NCBI GenBank assembly: GCA_041741015.1
Contig: JBGSKX010000248.1
Span: 64,509 to 128,508 of the forward strand
Origin: Pirellulales bacterium
GTDB lineage: Bacteria > Planctomycetota > Planctomycetia > Pirellulales > PALSA-1355
DNA length: 64,000 nt
Direction of reading: 5' to 3'
Shown here: in pieces, positions 1 through 9,287 of the stretch
Numbering within the stretch: the first letter of the stretch is position 1
Layout of the letters: each line of letters begins with the position of its first letter
Notes under the pieces: model-generated
Told to the model about the DNA's origin: nothing
Seen by the model: only the letters and a program-made list of their open reading frames with translations
Database searches by the model: none
Program-made: the position numbers and the translations under genes

Positions 1-897
1 GCCACGAGCGATGACGGCATCGCTTGGAGCCCCCAGCAGGTGCTCGCGTCGCCGCCGCAAGAGGGCTACGGCTATATTGCCCGCGGGCTGTGGATTCGCA
101 ACGACGAACTGTTGGCGCTGGCAAGTCTTTACGAGGCGCCCGCATTCCACGACGGCGATCTAAAGCTGGTAGCTTTTCGCTGGAACCGGCAGCTGGGTGA
201 ATGGGAGTCCGCCGGACAGGTTTTCGACGACGCGCTGAACAACTTCGCGCCGAAGAAGCTGGGCAGTGGGGAATGGATGATGTCGCGAAGAGCCTCGGAC
301 CGTAGCGTGTCGATGCTGATCGGCGGTCTCAAGTCGATCGATGATTGGCAGGTGATTCCGTTCTCGAAATATCGCCTGCCCGACGGCGGCGCGCCGGAGG
401 AGCCTTACTGGTGGACGTTGGCGGGAGGGGAAATCATCGGCATGTTTCGCGATAACAGCAAGTCGGGACGTCTGCTGCGAAGCTTCTCGATCGACAACGG
501 GCGAACGTGGAGCCCACCGGTTCGCACCAACTTTCCTGACGCGACGAGCAAGTTTCACGGCCTGCGAACCAGCCATGGCTTTTGGGTCATGGCTTCTAAC
601 ACGAATCCGAGACAACGAGATCCACTATGCCTCTCGATTTCCGCCGATGGGATGGTTTTCCGGCATATGTTTCGCTTGCCCATCCCTGCCCGACTTGAAG
701 GCATCAATTGGGTCGACGGCTCGAAGCACGGCACGACGCGCTACGAGTCGGTGCAATACCCCCACGTCATCGAGCACGCTGGAGCGATTTACGTCGCATA
801 CTCTCGCAAGAAGCAGACGGTCGAAGTTGTCCGGGTTACGTTGGATGAAGTCGATGCGGGAATTTCCCGAGAGCTCGCCGCGACCCCGTCGAATTGA
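1..897 (+). CDS. BNR/Asp-box repeat protein, sialidase-like glycoside hydrolase (5' end outside window)
   Basis: Frame 1 is open from base 1 (ATSDDGIAWS...). Two Asp-box motifs: SDDGIAWS at the window edge and SIDNGRTWS inside listed ORF 40..897. Stop at 895-897. Confidence 0.7.
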   Translation, partial: ATSDDGIAWSPQQVLASPPQEGYGYIARGLWIRNDELLALASLYEAPAFHDGDLKLVAFRWNRQLGEWESAGQVFDDALNNFAPKKLGSGEWMMSRRASDRSVSMLIGGLKSIDDWQVIPFSKYRLPDGGAPEEPYWWTLAGGEIIGMFRDNSKSGRLLRSFSIDNGRTWSPPVRTNFPDATSKFHGLRTSHGFWVMASNTNPRQRDPLCLSISADGMVFRHMFRLPIPARLEGINWVDGSKHGTTRYESVQYPHVIEHAGAIYVAYSRKKQTVEVVRVTLDEVDAGISRELAATPSN

Positions 898-977
898 AGA
901 GTAGTGCCAACAGCGCGCGGAGCGTGCTATAACCGGGGCACGCTGGACGACTTCATCCAACCCTGCAAGGTAACGCC

Positions 978-1757
978 ATGCACGCCGAGCGCAAGCCGCG
1001 AGCCTTTGCCGTGGCCGCCCACCCCGATGACATCGAATTCGTGATGGCCGGCACGCTGATACTCTTAGGCCAGGCCGGCTACGAACTGCACTACATGAAT
1101 ATCGCCAACGGCTGCTGCGGCACTACCGAGTACTCGGCTGCCGAGGCTGCCGAGATCCGCGCTCGCGAAGGACAAGTCGCAGCGGAGTCGATCGGGGCGG
1201 TATTCCATCCGAGTCTCGTGAACGACCTGGAGATTTTCTATAACCACGAGTCGCTCACCCGGCTGGCCGCAGTGATGCGCGATGTGGCACCCGAGATTCT
1301 GCTGATACACTCGCCGCTCGACTACATGGAGGATCACATGAACGCCTGCCGGCTCGCGCTCACTGCGGCGTTCGCACGCGGGATGCCGAACTACCCAACC
1401 GCGCCGGCCCGAGCTCCGGTGGATCAGACGGTGACGGTGTATCACGCTCAGCCGCACGGCAATCGCGATCCGCTGGGTAACTTGGTCCGACCGAGTGTGT
1501 TTGTCGACATCAAGAGCGTGATCGAGCAGAAGACCGCAATGCTTGCCTGCCATGCCAGCCAGAAGCAATGGCTCGACACGAGCCAGGGATTCGACTCGTA
1601 CCTCAAAACCATGCACGACTTGTCGCGTGAAGTGGGGAGCCTGTCAGGCACGTTCGAATATGCCGAGGGGTGGCGGCGGCACTACCCGATCGGGTACGGG
1701 GCCATCGACGGCGACCCGCTGGCCAAAGCACTTTCCTCCCACGTGTTGAAGGCTTGA
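978..1757 (+). CDS. PIG-L/LmbE family deacetylase
   Basis: N-terminal AHPDDIEFVMAGT signature of the PIG-L/LmbE zinc deacetylase family; 259 aa is a typical size. Confidence 0.8.
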   Translation: MHAERKPRAFAVAAHPDDIEFVMAGTLILLGQAGYELHYMNIANGCCGTTEYSAAEAAEIRAREGQVAAESIGAVFHPSLVNDLEIFYNHESLTRLAAVMRDVAPEILLIHSPLDYMEDHMNACRLALTAAFARGMPNYPTAPARAPVDQTVTVYHAQPHGNRDPLGNLVRPSVFVDIKSVIEQKTAMLACHASQKQWLDTSQGFDSYLKTMHDLSREVGSLSGTFEYAEGWRRHYPIGYGAIDGDPLAKALSSHVLKA

Positions 1758-1878
1758 TTGCCGACTGGCCAGGTTGTGTCGTCCGGTACATTGATCGGCC
1801 AAACTGGCGACTTGCGCAGGTTATACTGAGACTGCGGGGCGATTTCGGCCGTAAGTCAAGGCGCAGCTAGGTGTTAGC

Positions 1879-1906
1879 TTGACAGTCGCCACTGGTCCAG
1901 TATCAT
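1879..1906 (+). promoter_or_regulatory. candidate sigma70-like promoter for the STAS/RsbW pair
   Basis: TTGACA (1879..1884), 16-nt spacer, TATCAT (1901..1906), in a 320-bp A/T-richer spacer. Planctomycete promoter rules are poorly known. Confidence 0.25.
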
Positions 1907-2077
1907 ACAACTTTTGCGGAACCAGTTGCCGCAATTACAATTAGGTCGACGCGACCACCGCAGACGCGGCGGTCAGGATACGCGTACCGAGAGCCTACAA
2001 CTAACCAGCGAGGCAAGTCTTCGCCCGCTTACTGAACTGCGGCGTGCCTGCTAGCTGTGGCAAGAGGAGCCTGTTTG

Positions 2078-2431
2078 ATGGCCGTTCATCGGCGGTTGCA
2101 ATTAACGGAAGTCGGCGACGTGACCGTGGTCCGGTTCGTCGACCGTAAGATCCTTGACGAAGCCAACATCCAAGAGCTGGGACAAGAGTTGTTCCAACTC
2201 GTCGAGGAAGAGAATCGCAAGAGTCTGCTGTTGAACTTTTTGTCCGTCGAGTTTCTTTCCAGCGCCGCGCTTGGCAAGCTCATTACCCTCGATAAGAAAG
2301 TCAAAGCCCACGGCGGAAAGCTTAAGCTCAGCAACATTCGGCCCGAGATCTACGAAGTCTTCGCAATCACGAAGTTGAACAAGCTGTTCGACATCAAGGA
2401 TGATGAGGCGGACGCCCTGGCCAGCTTCTGA
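2078..2431 (+). CDS. STAS-domain anti-sigma-factor antagonist (SpoIIAA/RsbV-like)
   Basis: STAS-like sequence with a phosphorylatable-serine context FLSSAALGKL. ATG at 2078 is preceded by GAGGAG 7 nt upstream; the track ORF starts at GTG 2057. Confidence 0.85.
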   Translation: MAVHRRLQLTEVGDVTVVRFVDRKILDEANIQELGQELFQLVEEENRKSLLLNFLSVEFLSSAALGKLITLDKKVKAHGGKLKLSNIRPEIYEVFAITKLNKLFDIKDDEADALASF

Positions 2432-2570
2432 GCGGAGTCCTTTCGGCGCTCGAATACTAGAGACCAATTGCGGGAAGGCGGAACCCAAAACTGGCAAGCT
2501 CGCGGTAGCCACATTTAGCTCGCCTTTGGAGCCGCAAGCCTTTCACGTTCGGCACGACAAGTGGTGTGAG

Positions 2571-3020
2571 ATGGCAAACGAACCGACGACCTGGACATTC
2601 GAGCGCACAATATCGAGCGACCTGGCATCGGGGCATCAGGTGCTCGAGGATCTACTAGGCCGTCTGCAAGCCGAGGACTGGGATTCGCGGCAGATGTTCG
2701 GTATTCGTCTCGCGCTGGAAGAAGCCGTGGTCAATGCCATCAAGCATGGTAATTGCCTCGACTGCAACAAGCAGGTCCACGTCATCTGCCATTCGACCCC
2801 AGAGAAGATCTGGATCAAGATCAGCGATCAAGGTAAAGGCTTCAATCCCGAGCACGTTCCCGACTGCACCGACTCCGATCACATCGATTGCCCCAGCGGC
2901 CGCGGCATCATGTTAATGCGCAACTTCATGAACCGCGTCGAGTACAACCAGAAGGGCAACGTTGTGGAGCTCGAGAAACGCCGCGGGCAGGATACTCACT
3001 GCTGCAACGGCTGCGACTAA
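2571..3020 (+). CDS. anti-sigma regulatory factor, Ser/Thr kinase (RsbW/SpoIIAB-like HATPase)
   Basis: HATPase N-box EEAVVNAIKHGN, G1 box DQGKGF, G2 box GRGIMLM. Internal ATG 2571 (MANEPTT...) chosen over the long 2400 ORF, whose first 57 aa are low-complexity. Confidence 0.8.
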   Translation: MANEPTTWTFERTISSDLASGHQVLEDLLGRLQAEDWDSRQMFGIRLALEEAVVNAIKHGNCLDCNKQVHVICHSTPEKIWIKISDQGKGFNPEHVPDCTDSDHIDCPSGRGIMLMRNFMNRVEYNQKGNVVELEKRRGQDTHCCNGCD

Positions 3021-3033
3021 GGCCGCAGGGCTT

Positions 3034-3048
3034 GCTGGCATTGCCAGC
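3034..3048 (+). terminator. candidate hairpin terminator after the kinase gene
   Basis: Palindrome GCTGGCA-T-TGCCAGC 14 nt after the stop, followed by the T-rich run TTGTCGATTCTC. Confidence 0.3.
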
Positions 3049-3192
3049 TTGTCGATTCTCGAATTGCACCACCGCCGATTGCTCTTGAGCTTCCGCACGC
3101 ATCCTGCTACAAGCCACGCCGCTTGTTTCTCGGATGATTGTCTGCATTCCCCTAGAGCTCGGACCGCCCACCGGTCGTCCGGGAACTGATGC

Positions 3193-4359
3193 ATGTCGTG
3201 GCGAACTGCAATCCTGCTTCTGCTGGGAATTCTCACAGCAGGTACTGCGCGCGCCGCTGACTTCCCCTATATCGCTTATATCAACTCGGACGACGTGTAC
3301 GTCCGCAGCGGGCCGGGACGTGACTATTACCCGACCACCAAACTCGCAAAGGGTAAGCCCGTCGAGGTATACCGCCACGATCCCGGTGGTTGGCTGGCGA
3401 TTCGGCCGCCTACCGGCAGCTACTCATGGGTCTCCGCTCGGCATTTGGATCCTTCGGAAAGCGAGCTGGCGGTTGTCAATTCCGACCGAGTCGTGGCTCG
3501 CGTGGGCAGCGAGTTCAGTGATGTCCGGGACGTAATCCAGGTGCGACTGGAGCGGGACGAACAAGTCGTGCTGCTGGAACCGCCGACCCACGATTCGCCA
3601 TGGTGCAAGGTCGAACCACCGGCAGGCGAATTTCGCTGGGTCTTTGCGCAGTACGTTGATCGCGAACCTCCCTCGCCCGAACGCAAGACAAGAGAAGAAG
3701 GTCTCGCCAACCGCGACGCCGCTGCCTTTGTTCCTGCCGATCAACAGCATTTCGCCCGAGACGTTCGCCTGACGGGGGCCGCGGACAACGGGCAGTCGGC
3801 CGCCGATCCGCAAGCCCATGCGGCCTTGCAGAATGAACTAGAGCGAGCCACCGCGCTCGAGCAAATCGACGTCGAGCTTTCGCAGATCGTCGCAGAAGAC
3901 ATCTCGCAGTGGTCGTTCACGTCGCTCGAACAGCGTGCCCAGCAGGCGCTGCAATCGGCCGACAGCGCTCTGGAGCGTGGACGGGCCCGCGTACTGTTGG
4001 ACAAGCTGGCCCGATTCGACGAGATCAAGCAGCGCCACGACACACTGCGCGCGAGCGCAGCCGGAGCGACAGTCGCGTCGACGCCCCAGCCTGCTTCCGG
4101 ACCGTCAAACGATGCACGGTTTGACGGTGTCGGACGGTTGGCTCCGGTGTTGGCGACGAAGCCGGGAGGCCCACAATACGCGCTGCTCGACGAGCGTGGT
4201 GGCGTGCGATCTTTCGTCACTCCGGCACCCGGGGTGAATCTTCGCCCATTCGTCGACAAGCAAGTCGGCGTAAGTGGTCAACGTGGCTACATCCCTGACT
4301 TGCAAAAGCAGCATGTCAGTGCTCAGCGGGTGACGCTGCTCGACGCTGTGCGGCGCTAG
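3193..4359 (+). CDS. secreted SH3b-domain protein
   Basis: Signal peptide MSWRTAILLLLGILTAGTARA. Bacterial SH3-like segment SDDVYVRSGPGRDYYPTTKLAKGKPVEVY. Coiled-coil/low-complexity centre. Confidence 0.6.
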   Translation: MSWRTAILLLLGILTAGTARAADFPYIAYINSDDVYVRSGPGRDYYPTTKLAKGKPVEVYRHDPGGWLAIRPPTGSYSWVSARHLDPSESELAVVNSDRVVARVGSEFSDVRDVIQVRLERDEQVVLLEPPTHDSPWCKVEPPAGEFRWVFAQYVDREPPSPERKTREEGLANRDAAAFVPADQQHFARDVRLTGAADNGQSAADPQAHAALQNELERATALEQIDVELSQIVAEDISQWSFTSLEQRAQQALQSADSALERGRARVLLDKLARFDEIKQRHDTLRASAAGATVASTPQPASGPSNDARFDGVGRLAPVLATKPGGPQYALLDERGGVRSFVTPAPGVNLRPFVDKQVGVSGQRGYIPDLQKQHVSAQRVTLLDAVRR

Positions 4360-4684
4360 TGTGCAGGCTGAGCCGCACGCCGGCAGTATTTCCTTAGTCT
4401 GCGACACCTGCGATCGCGGTTGTCGCTTGACAGAATTCCGCAACCGCTAAGGCTTTGCCTATCGCTACGCCACGCTAGCACGCTGGTGTCGGCGGCCATG
4501 CGACGAAAAAATTCTCTCGCCTTGGCTCCTTCCCTGAGCCGAAAACCTTCTAACGTCGGCACAGCCGACCGCGCCTGCCACGCACCCGCACGCTAGCAAG
4601 GGTGGCAGTCACGATGGGGGGGATCATCTGGGATTGGGGGGAGCCATGCCAGTTGAACTTTGCGGGCGCCGCTGCGCGCTCGGA

Positions 4685-5539
4685 ATGCAACTACGTGTTG
4701 TTGGAATCGCAATCGCTGCTTGCGCGGCTCTGTCCTTTTCGAGCGCGGCTCAGGCCGCCAGCCCGAATCAGGCCACGAGCAGTCGGGCGGCACGCGATGA
4801 GGCGATTCGCTTGCTGCCGTTCGACAAATTGCCTGAGGATGTGCGCACCAACGTGCAATCGACCATCGCGGCTACGACGCTGTATCGCCGGCTGCCGGTG
4901 CAGGTGACACCCTGCGACCCGGACATGTACCTGTTCCTGGTCCGGCATCCCGAGGTGGTTGTCAACATCTGGGAGATCATGCAGGTCAGCAATGTGGCCA
5001 TTCGCCGGACCGGACCAGATACCTTCCGGGCCACGGATAACATGGGCACCGCGTGCGACGTGCGAATGTGCTACAGCGACCACGAAACCCAGGTCATCTA
5101 TGCCGAGGGTGCCTACAGTGGCCCGATGTTCAAGCAACCAATTCGGGCCCGCTGCGTACTCTTGCTGAAGAGCGGGTATCTGCAGGAAACGGACGGCCGC
5201 TTCCACGTTACAAGTCGCATGGACACGTTCATTCAAATTGAACACGCGGGACTGGAAGTGCTGGCCAAGACTTTGCAGATGCTGATCCACCGCTCGGCCG
5301 ACTACAACTTCGTCGAGACGGCGTCGTTCTTGAGTAACGTTTCGCAGACGGCGGAAGCCAACCCGGGCGGGATGCAGCGTCTTGCCGCCAAGCTGACGAA
5401 CGTGCAGCCGGACGTCCGCGATCGGTTCGCCGAGATTTCCCTCGAAGTCGGCGAGAAAGCACGGCAGCGTGCATCGACTCAGGCTCGCGTGATTCCCGCC
5501 AGCACCGCGCCGACGGAGGCCGAAACGGCAATGCACTAG
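4685..5539 (+). CDS. hypothetical secreted protein
   Basis: ATG 4685 gives the signal peptide MQLRVVGIAIAACAALSFSSAAQA. Balanced amino-acid composition; the antisense ORF 4691..5536 is R/G/A-rich. No domain recognised. Confidence 0.5.
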   Translation: MQLRVVGIAIAACAALSFSSAAQAASPNQATSSRAARDEAIRLLPFDKLPEDVRTNVQSTIAATTLYRRLPVQVTPCDPDMYLFLVRHPEVVVNIWEIMQVSNVAIRRTGPDTFRATDNMGTACDVRMCYSDHETQVIYAEGAYSGPMFKQPIRARCVLLLKSGYLQETDGRFHVTSRMDTFIQIEHAGLEVLAKTLQMLIHRSADYNFVETASFLSNVSQTAEANPGGMQRLAAKLTNVQPDVRDRFAEISLEVGEKARQRASTQARVIPASTAPTEAETAMH

Positions 5540-5548
5540 CGGCTGCGG

Positions 5549-7171
5549 CTAACCCTGAGCTGCGGTACCACCGAGCACGCGTTCTTCGACGAGATGCTTA
5601 AGCCCCTGCAAGTCGAGTTTGCCGGTGCCCAATAGTGGGATCTCGTCGACCTGGTAGAATGAGTCCTTGTCGGGCATCCACAGGTTGGGCAGCCGCGCGG
5701 CGGCGAGTTCTTCGAGAATCTGGTTCACCGACTTGTCGCAGGGCAGATGCAGCACAACAAGCCGCTCCCCCTTCTTCGGGTCGGGGGTTGATGTGACTGC
5801 GACGGCGAGCTTCTCTTCATCCTCGCTCATGATCTTCTGCAGCAACTCTTCCACCTGAATGTGTGGCACCATCTCGCCGCCGATCTTCGAAAAACGGCTC
5901 AATCGGCCGGTGATCGTGATGAAACCATCATCGTCCACACAGCCCATGTCACCGGTGACGTACCAGCCGTCGCGCACGACTTCGGCCGTCTGTTCGGGCA
6001 TTTTGAAGTAGCCCTGCATGACGTTCGGTCCCTTGAAGCACAGGATGCCCGTCTCGCCGGGGGCAAGATCCACGCCTGTCTCGTGGTCGATCGTCTTAAC
6101 CTGAACGCCCGGAATTGGCAGGCCGACGGTTCCCAAGCGATTGAGTGTCGTATCGCCGCCAATCGCGCGAATCGGCGGTACGTTCACCGATACGATCGGC
6201 GATAGCTCGGTCGTGCCGTAGCCTTCCATGGGACGGATTCCGAACCGCTCTTCGAATGCCGCGGTCAGCTCGCCAGGCAGTTTCTCGGCGCCGGTGACGA
6301 CGAGTTCCATCGAGGCAAAGTCTTCGGGCGTGCAACGCCGCATATATGAGCGCAAGAACGTCGGCGTGGTGACCATAATCGTCACCTTCTCGTCTTTGCA
6401 CATCTTGCCGATGATTTTCGCGTCGAGCGGGCTGAAGTGATAACAGCCGCGCGGTCCCAAGGCCAACACCGACCACAATCCGACCGTAAAACCGAACGAA
6501 TGAAAGAAAGGCAGAATCCCCAGCACCATGTCGTGCTCATCGAGCTGTAGGATGTCGTCAATCGCCGCGCTGTTCGTGCCGACGTTCTTGTATGAGAGCA
6601 TCACGCCCTTGGGCTTCCCGGTGGAGCCGGAGGTATAGATGATCGTGAACAGCTCGTCTTCCTGAATCGTGTTCAAGCCAAGCTGCCGTTCGAGTACAGC
6701 CGACGGGAGGACGTATGCGCCAATGGCGCCTGCCAACTTGTCGGTCGTGGTCACCTGCTCGCGCAGGTCTTCGAGGTAGATGAGCTTGGCGTCGAGCTTG
6801 AAATCAAATCGTTCCATGAATTTACGGCTGGTCACCACGTGCTTGATACCGCACTGCTTGATGCAGTAATTCAGCGTTTCGGAAGAAACGGTGTAATTCA
6901 GATTGACCGAAACACGGCGGCAAAGCGTCACCGCGGCATTCGCCAGCACTCCGCCGGCAGAAGGAGGCACCAACAGCCCAACAAACTTCTCATCGTTCCC
7001 CAATACGCGCAACAATAGCCGTCGAAAGATCAGCGTGCGCATGAGCAGGCTTCCGCCGTTCATTTCCACGCCGGTCGAGTCGACGATCTTCTTTTGAAAC
7101 ATCGACTTGCGGCAGCGGCGCACAAACGCCCTAGGCGCAATGATGGTGCGGGGTTGCAGGTTTCTCATCAT
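5549..7171 (-). CDS. AMP-dependent synthetase/ligase (acyl-CoA/acyl-ACP synthetase, Aas-like)
   Basis: AMP-binding motif YTSGSTGKPKGV, TGD motif WYVTGDMG, C-terminal GKLD. Start set at MMRNLQ (7171); the track ORF extends to 7258. Confidence 0.85.
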   Translation of the reverse strand: MMRNLQPRTIIAPRAFVRRCRKSMFQKKIVDSTGVEMNGGSLLMRTLIFRRLLLRVLGNDEKFVGLLVPPSAGGVLANAAVTLCRRVSVNLNYTVSSETLNYCIKQCGIKHVVTSRKFMERFDFKLDAKLIYLEDLREQVTTTDKLAGAIGAYVLPSAVLERQLGLNTIQEDELFTIIYTSGSTGKPKGVMLSYKNVGTNSAAIDDILQLDEHDMVLGILPFFHSFGFTVGLWSVLALGPRGCYHFSPLDAKIIGKMCKDEKVTIMVTTPTFLRSYMRRCTPEDFASMELVVTGAEKLPGELTAAFEERFGIRPMEGYGTTELSPIVSVNVPPIRAIGGDTTLNRLGTVGLPIPGVQVKTIDHETGVDLAPGETGILCFKGPNVMQGYFKMPEQTAEVVRDGWYVTGDMGCVDDDGFITITGRLSRFSKIGGEMVPHIQVEELLQKIMSEDEEKLAVAVTSTPDPKKGERLVVLHLPCDKSVNQILEELAAARLPNLWMPDKDSFYQVDEIPLLGTGKLDLQGLKHLVEERVLGGTAAQG

Positions 7172-7349
7172 CCTGGTTCGCTGGGTTAAAGCCGGCCCGC
7201 AATAAGTGCCTCGGCCGGCGGAGCTATTGGCTGGATGGCTGAAGGCGACCGAACGCATGCCCGCAGACCGGTCGTACCTACCTTAAACATACTGCCTGCC
7301 TAAGATACGGCAAAGACCAAGCCCCGATCCTCGTAGGCAAGTGCGATTC

Positions 7350-8156
7350 CTACAGCGGCTCGTCCTTCACCGGATTCGTCAGGGTGCCGATACGCTCGAT
7401 CTCAATCGTTATCTCATCGCCGTCCTTCAGCAGGACCGGTGGATTGCGGGCCATGCCCACGCCGTGCGGCGTGCCCGTCAGAATCACGGTCCCCGGCAGC
7501 AATGTCGTACTGCCACTCAGGAACTCGATCAGCGTCGGCACGTCGAAGATCATGTCATTCGTGCTCCAATCCTGCATCACCTCGCCGTTCAGCACGGTTT
7601 TGATCTGCAACGCATTCGGATCGGGGATCTCATCCTTGGTCACAAGCGAGGGTCCCAGCGGACAGAACGTGTCGAACGTTTTGCCTCGACACCATTGGCT
7701 GCCGCCATACTGTTTTTGCCAATCGCGCGCGCTGACGTCATTGGCGCAGGTGTAACCCAGCACATATTCCAGCGCCTGCTCTCGCAACACATTCTTGCAA
7801 CGCTTGCCTATCACCACGGCCAACTCGCACTCGTAGTCCACCTCGTCACTCTTGAGATGCCGGGGCAAGTAGATCGGGTCACCGGGATTCTGAATTGCCC
7901 CGGGAGATTTCATGAATAGAACCGGCCATTTTGGAATTGGCGCATTGCCCTCCGCGGCATGTCGGCGGTAGTTGAGTCCGATGCACATGATCGCGGTCGG
8001 AGTTAGCGGAGCCAGGCGTTTCCGCACATCCGCTTTCCGATCGGTCACAAAGTAAGCACCGAACAGGTCCCCTTCGATTTCGAGCGCCGAGCCGTCTGGG
8101 CGTTCCGCGGCTAGCTTTGATTGTCCGGCAACGTCTTCGTAGCGGATGATTCTCAT
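7350..8156 (-). CDS. fumarylacetoacetate hydrolase (FAH) family protein
   Basis: FAH-family blocks [27 protein letters not shown]. Confidence 0.85.
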   Translation of the reverse strand: MRIIRYEDVAGQSKLAAERPDGSALEIEGDLFGAYFVTDRKADVRKRLAPLTPTAIMCIGLNYRRHAAEGNAPIPKWPVLFMKSPGAIQNPGDPIYLPRHLKSDEVDYECELAVVIGKRCKNVLREQALEYVLGYTCANDVSARDWQKQYGGSQWCRGKTFDTFCPLGPSLVTKDEIPDPNALQIKTVLNGEVMQDWSTNDMIFDVPTLIEFLSGSTTLLPGTVILTGTPHGVGMARNPPVLLKDGDEITIEIERIGTLTNPVKDEPL

Positions 8157-8416
8157 GACACCATTCAGGAGGGAGTGTGCGAGGAGTTTTACGTAAAGAC
8201 AGCGATTATCCTAGCTCGCCGCCTTGGCCGTCAATTGCCCCCGGGAGATGCACTAAAACACGCACAATCATCCCGTGCTGCAGGCCGCGGCAGGGACTCG
8301 TTGCTTCGCTAGTCACCGGAAGAAGGGAGACCTCGCGCAAATGCCAGTTGTTGACTTGCGATTCTTAGCTCAATTTCAGCTCAACATCGAGAAATTGAAT
8401 CCACCAAGTTTCGACA

Positions 8417-8445
8417 TTGCAGGGAGTATCATCTACTCGTAAAGT
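8417..8445 (+). promoter_or_regulatory. candidate promoter with an embedded inverted repeat (possible GntR operator)
   Basis: TTGCAG, 17-nt spacer, TAAAGT. The spacer holds GAGTA-N5-TACTC (8424..8438). Lies in an A/T-rich stretch 80 nt upstream of the GntR start. Confidence 0.2.
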
Positions 8446-8525
8446 GCAAGTATGGAACCCCCCGATAGCGTTCGAGGCGTCACGGGGAAAACGCAACGGG
8501 GCAGATTACGAACGGACGACGGACG

Positions 8526-9203
8526 ATGGCAGCGGCCCGGCGTACGAATTTGAGCGAACAGGTGGCCGGCTGGATCAAGCAGTTGATCCTCGACGAGGGG
8601 CTGAAGCCCGGCGATCGCCTGCCCACCGAGCAGGAGATGGCCGCGCGATTTGGCGTCAGCCGAGTCAGCATTCGGGAGGCCACCAAAGCTCTGAGCTTTC
8701 TGGGCATCATCCGTGCCGCACCCCGTCGCGGACTCAAAATCGGCGAAATCGACATGGCTCGGGTGACCGAGTACCTCGGCTTTCAATTCGCGCTGAGCGG
8801 TTACCCGCGACGACAATTGTTGCGCAGCCGGCTGGTGATCGAGGCGGGCGTCATTCCCTTCGTGGTGGAAGCGCTGACGGCGAGCCCCGAATTGGGCGAG
8901 CGACTCGCTGAACGGCTGGTCGAAGGGCGCGATGCCACCACGTACGAACAAAGGCTGGCCAACGACATCGCGTTTCACCGCACGATGCTGGAAACGAGCG
9001 GCATCGGTCCGCTGCTGGTGTTCGACGATCTGCTCCAGATTTTCTTCAGCCGCTTCGAAGCACATGTCAGCGAAGAGAATTGGCAGCTGACGATGAACCA
9101 TCACGCCAGGCTCGTGCAATTGCTTCAGGACGGAGACGTCGCAGGCGCTCAAGGCCTCATCGCCCAGCATCTCCAGGGGTACGAGCCAAAGGCCGACGAA
9201 TAG
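8526..9203 (+). CDS. GntR-family transcriptional regulator (FadR/FCD subfamily)
   Basis: Winged-HTH LPTEQEMAARFGVSRVSIREATKALSFLGII followed by an all-helical C-terminal domain. Confidence 0.85.
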   Translation: MAAARRTNLSEQVAGWIKQLILDEGLKPGDRLPTEQEMAARFGVSRVSIREATKALSFLGIIRAAPRRGLKIGEIDMARVTEYLGFQFALSGYPRRQLLRSRLVIEAGVIPFVVEALTASPELGERLAERLVEGRDATTYEQRLANDIAFHRTMLETSGIGPLLVFDDLLQIFFSRFEAHVSEENWQLTMNHHARLVQLLQDGDVAGAQGLIAQHLQGYEPKADE

Positions 9204-9287
9204 TGGCTGCCGCGAGCGCTTCGGCGGGGGTACAATGGCTGATTCCAGCCGCCCCCCTTCGCCAAGTTTTATTGCGTCGCGTGCCGC

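Noticed and set aside
2400-2570. N-terminal extensions of several track ORFs (for example 2400, 7258, 16022, 20475, 21343, 34617, 35979, 51935, 51848, 59749, 59997)
   Set aside because: The extended parts are low-complexity or overlap upstream genes. Internal ATGs give a signal peptide, a conserved N-terminus or the family-typical length.
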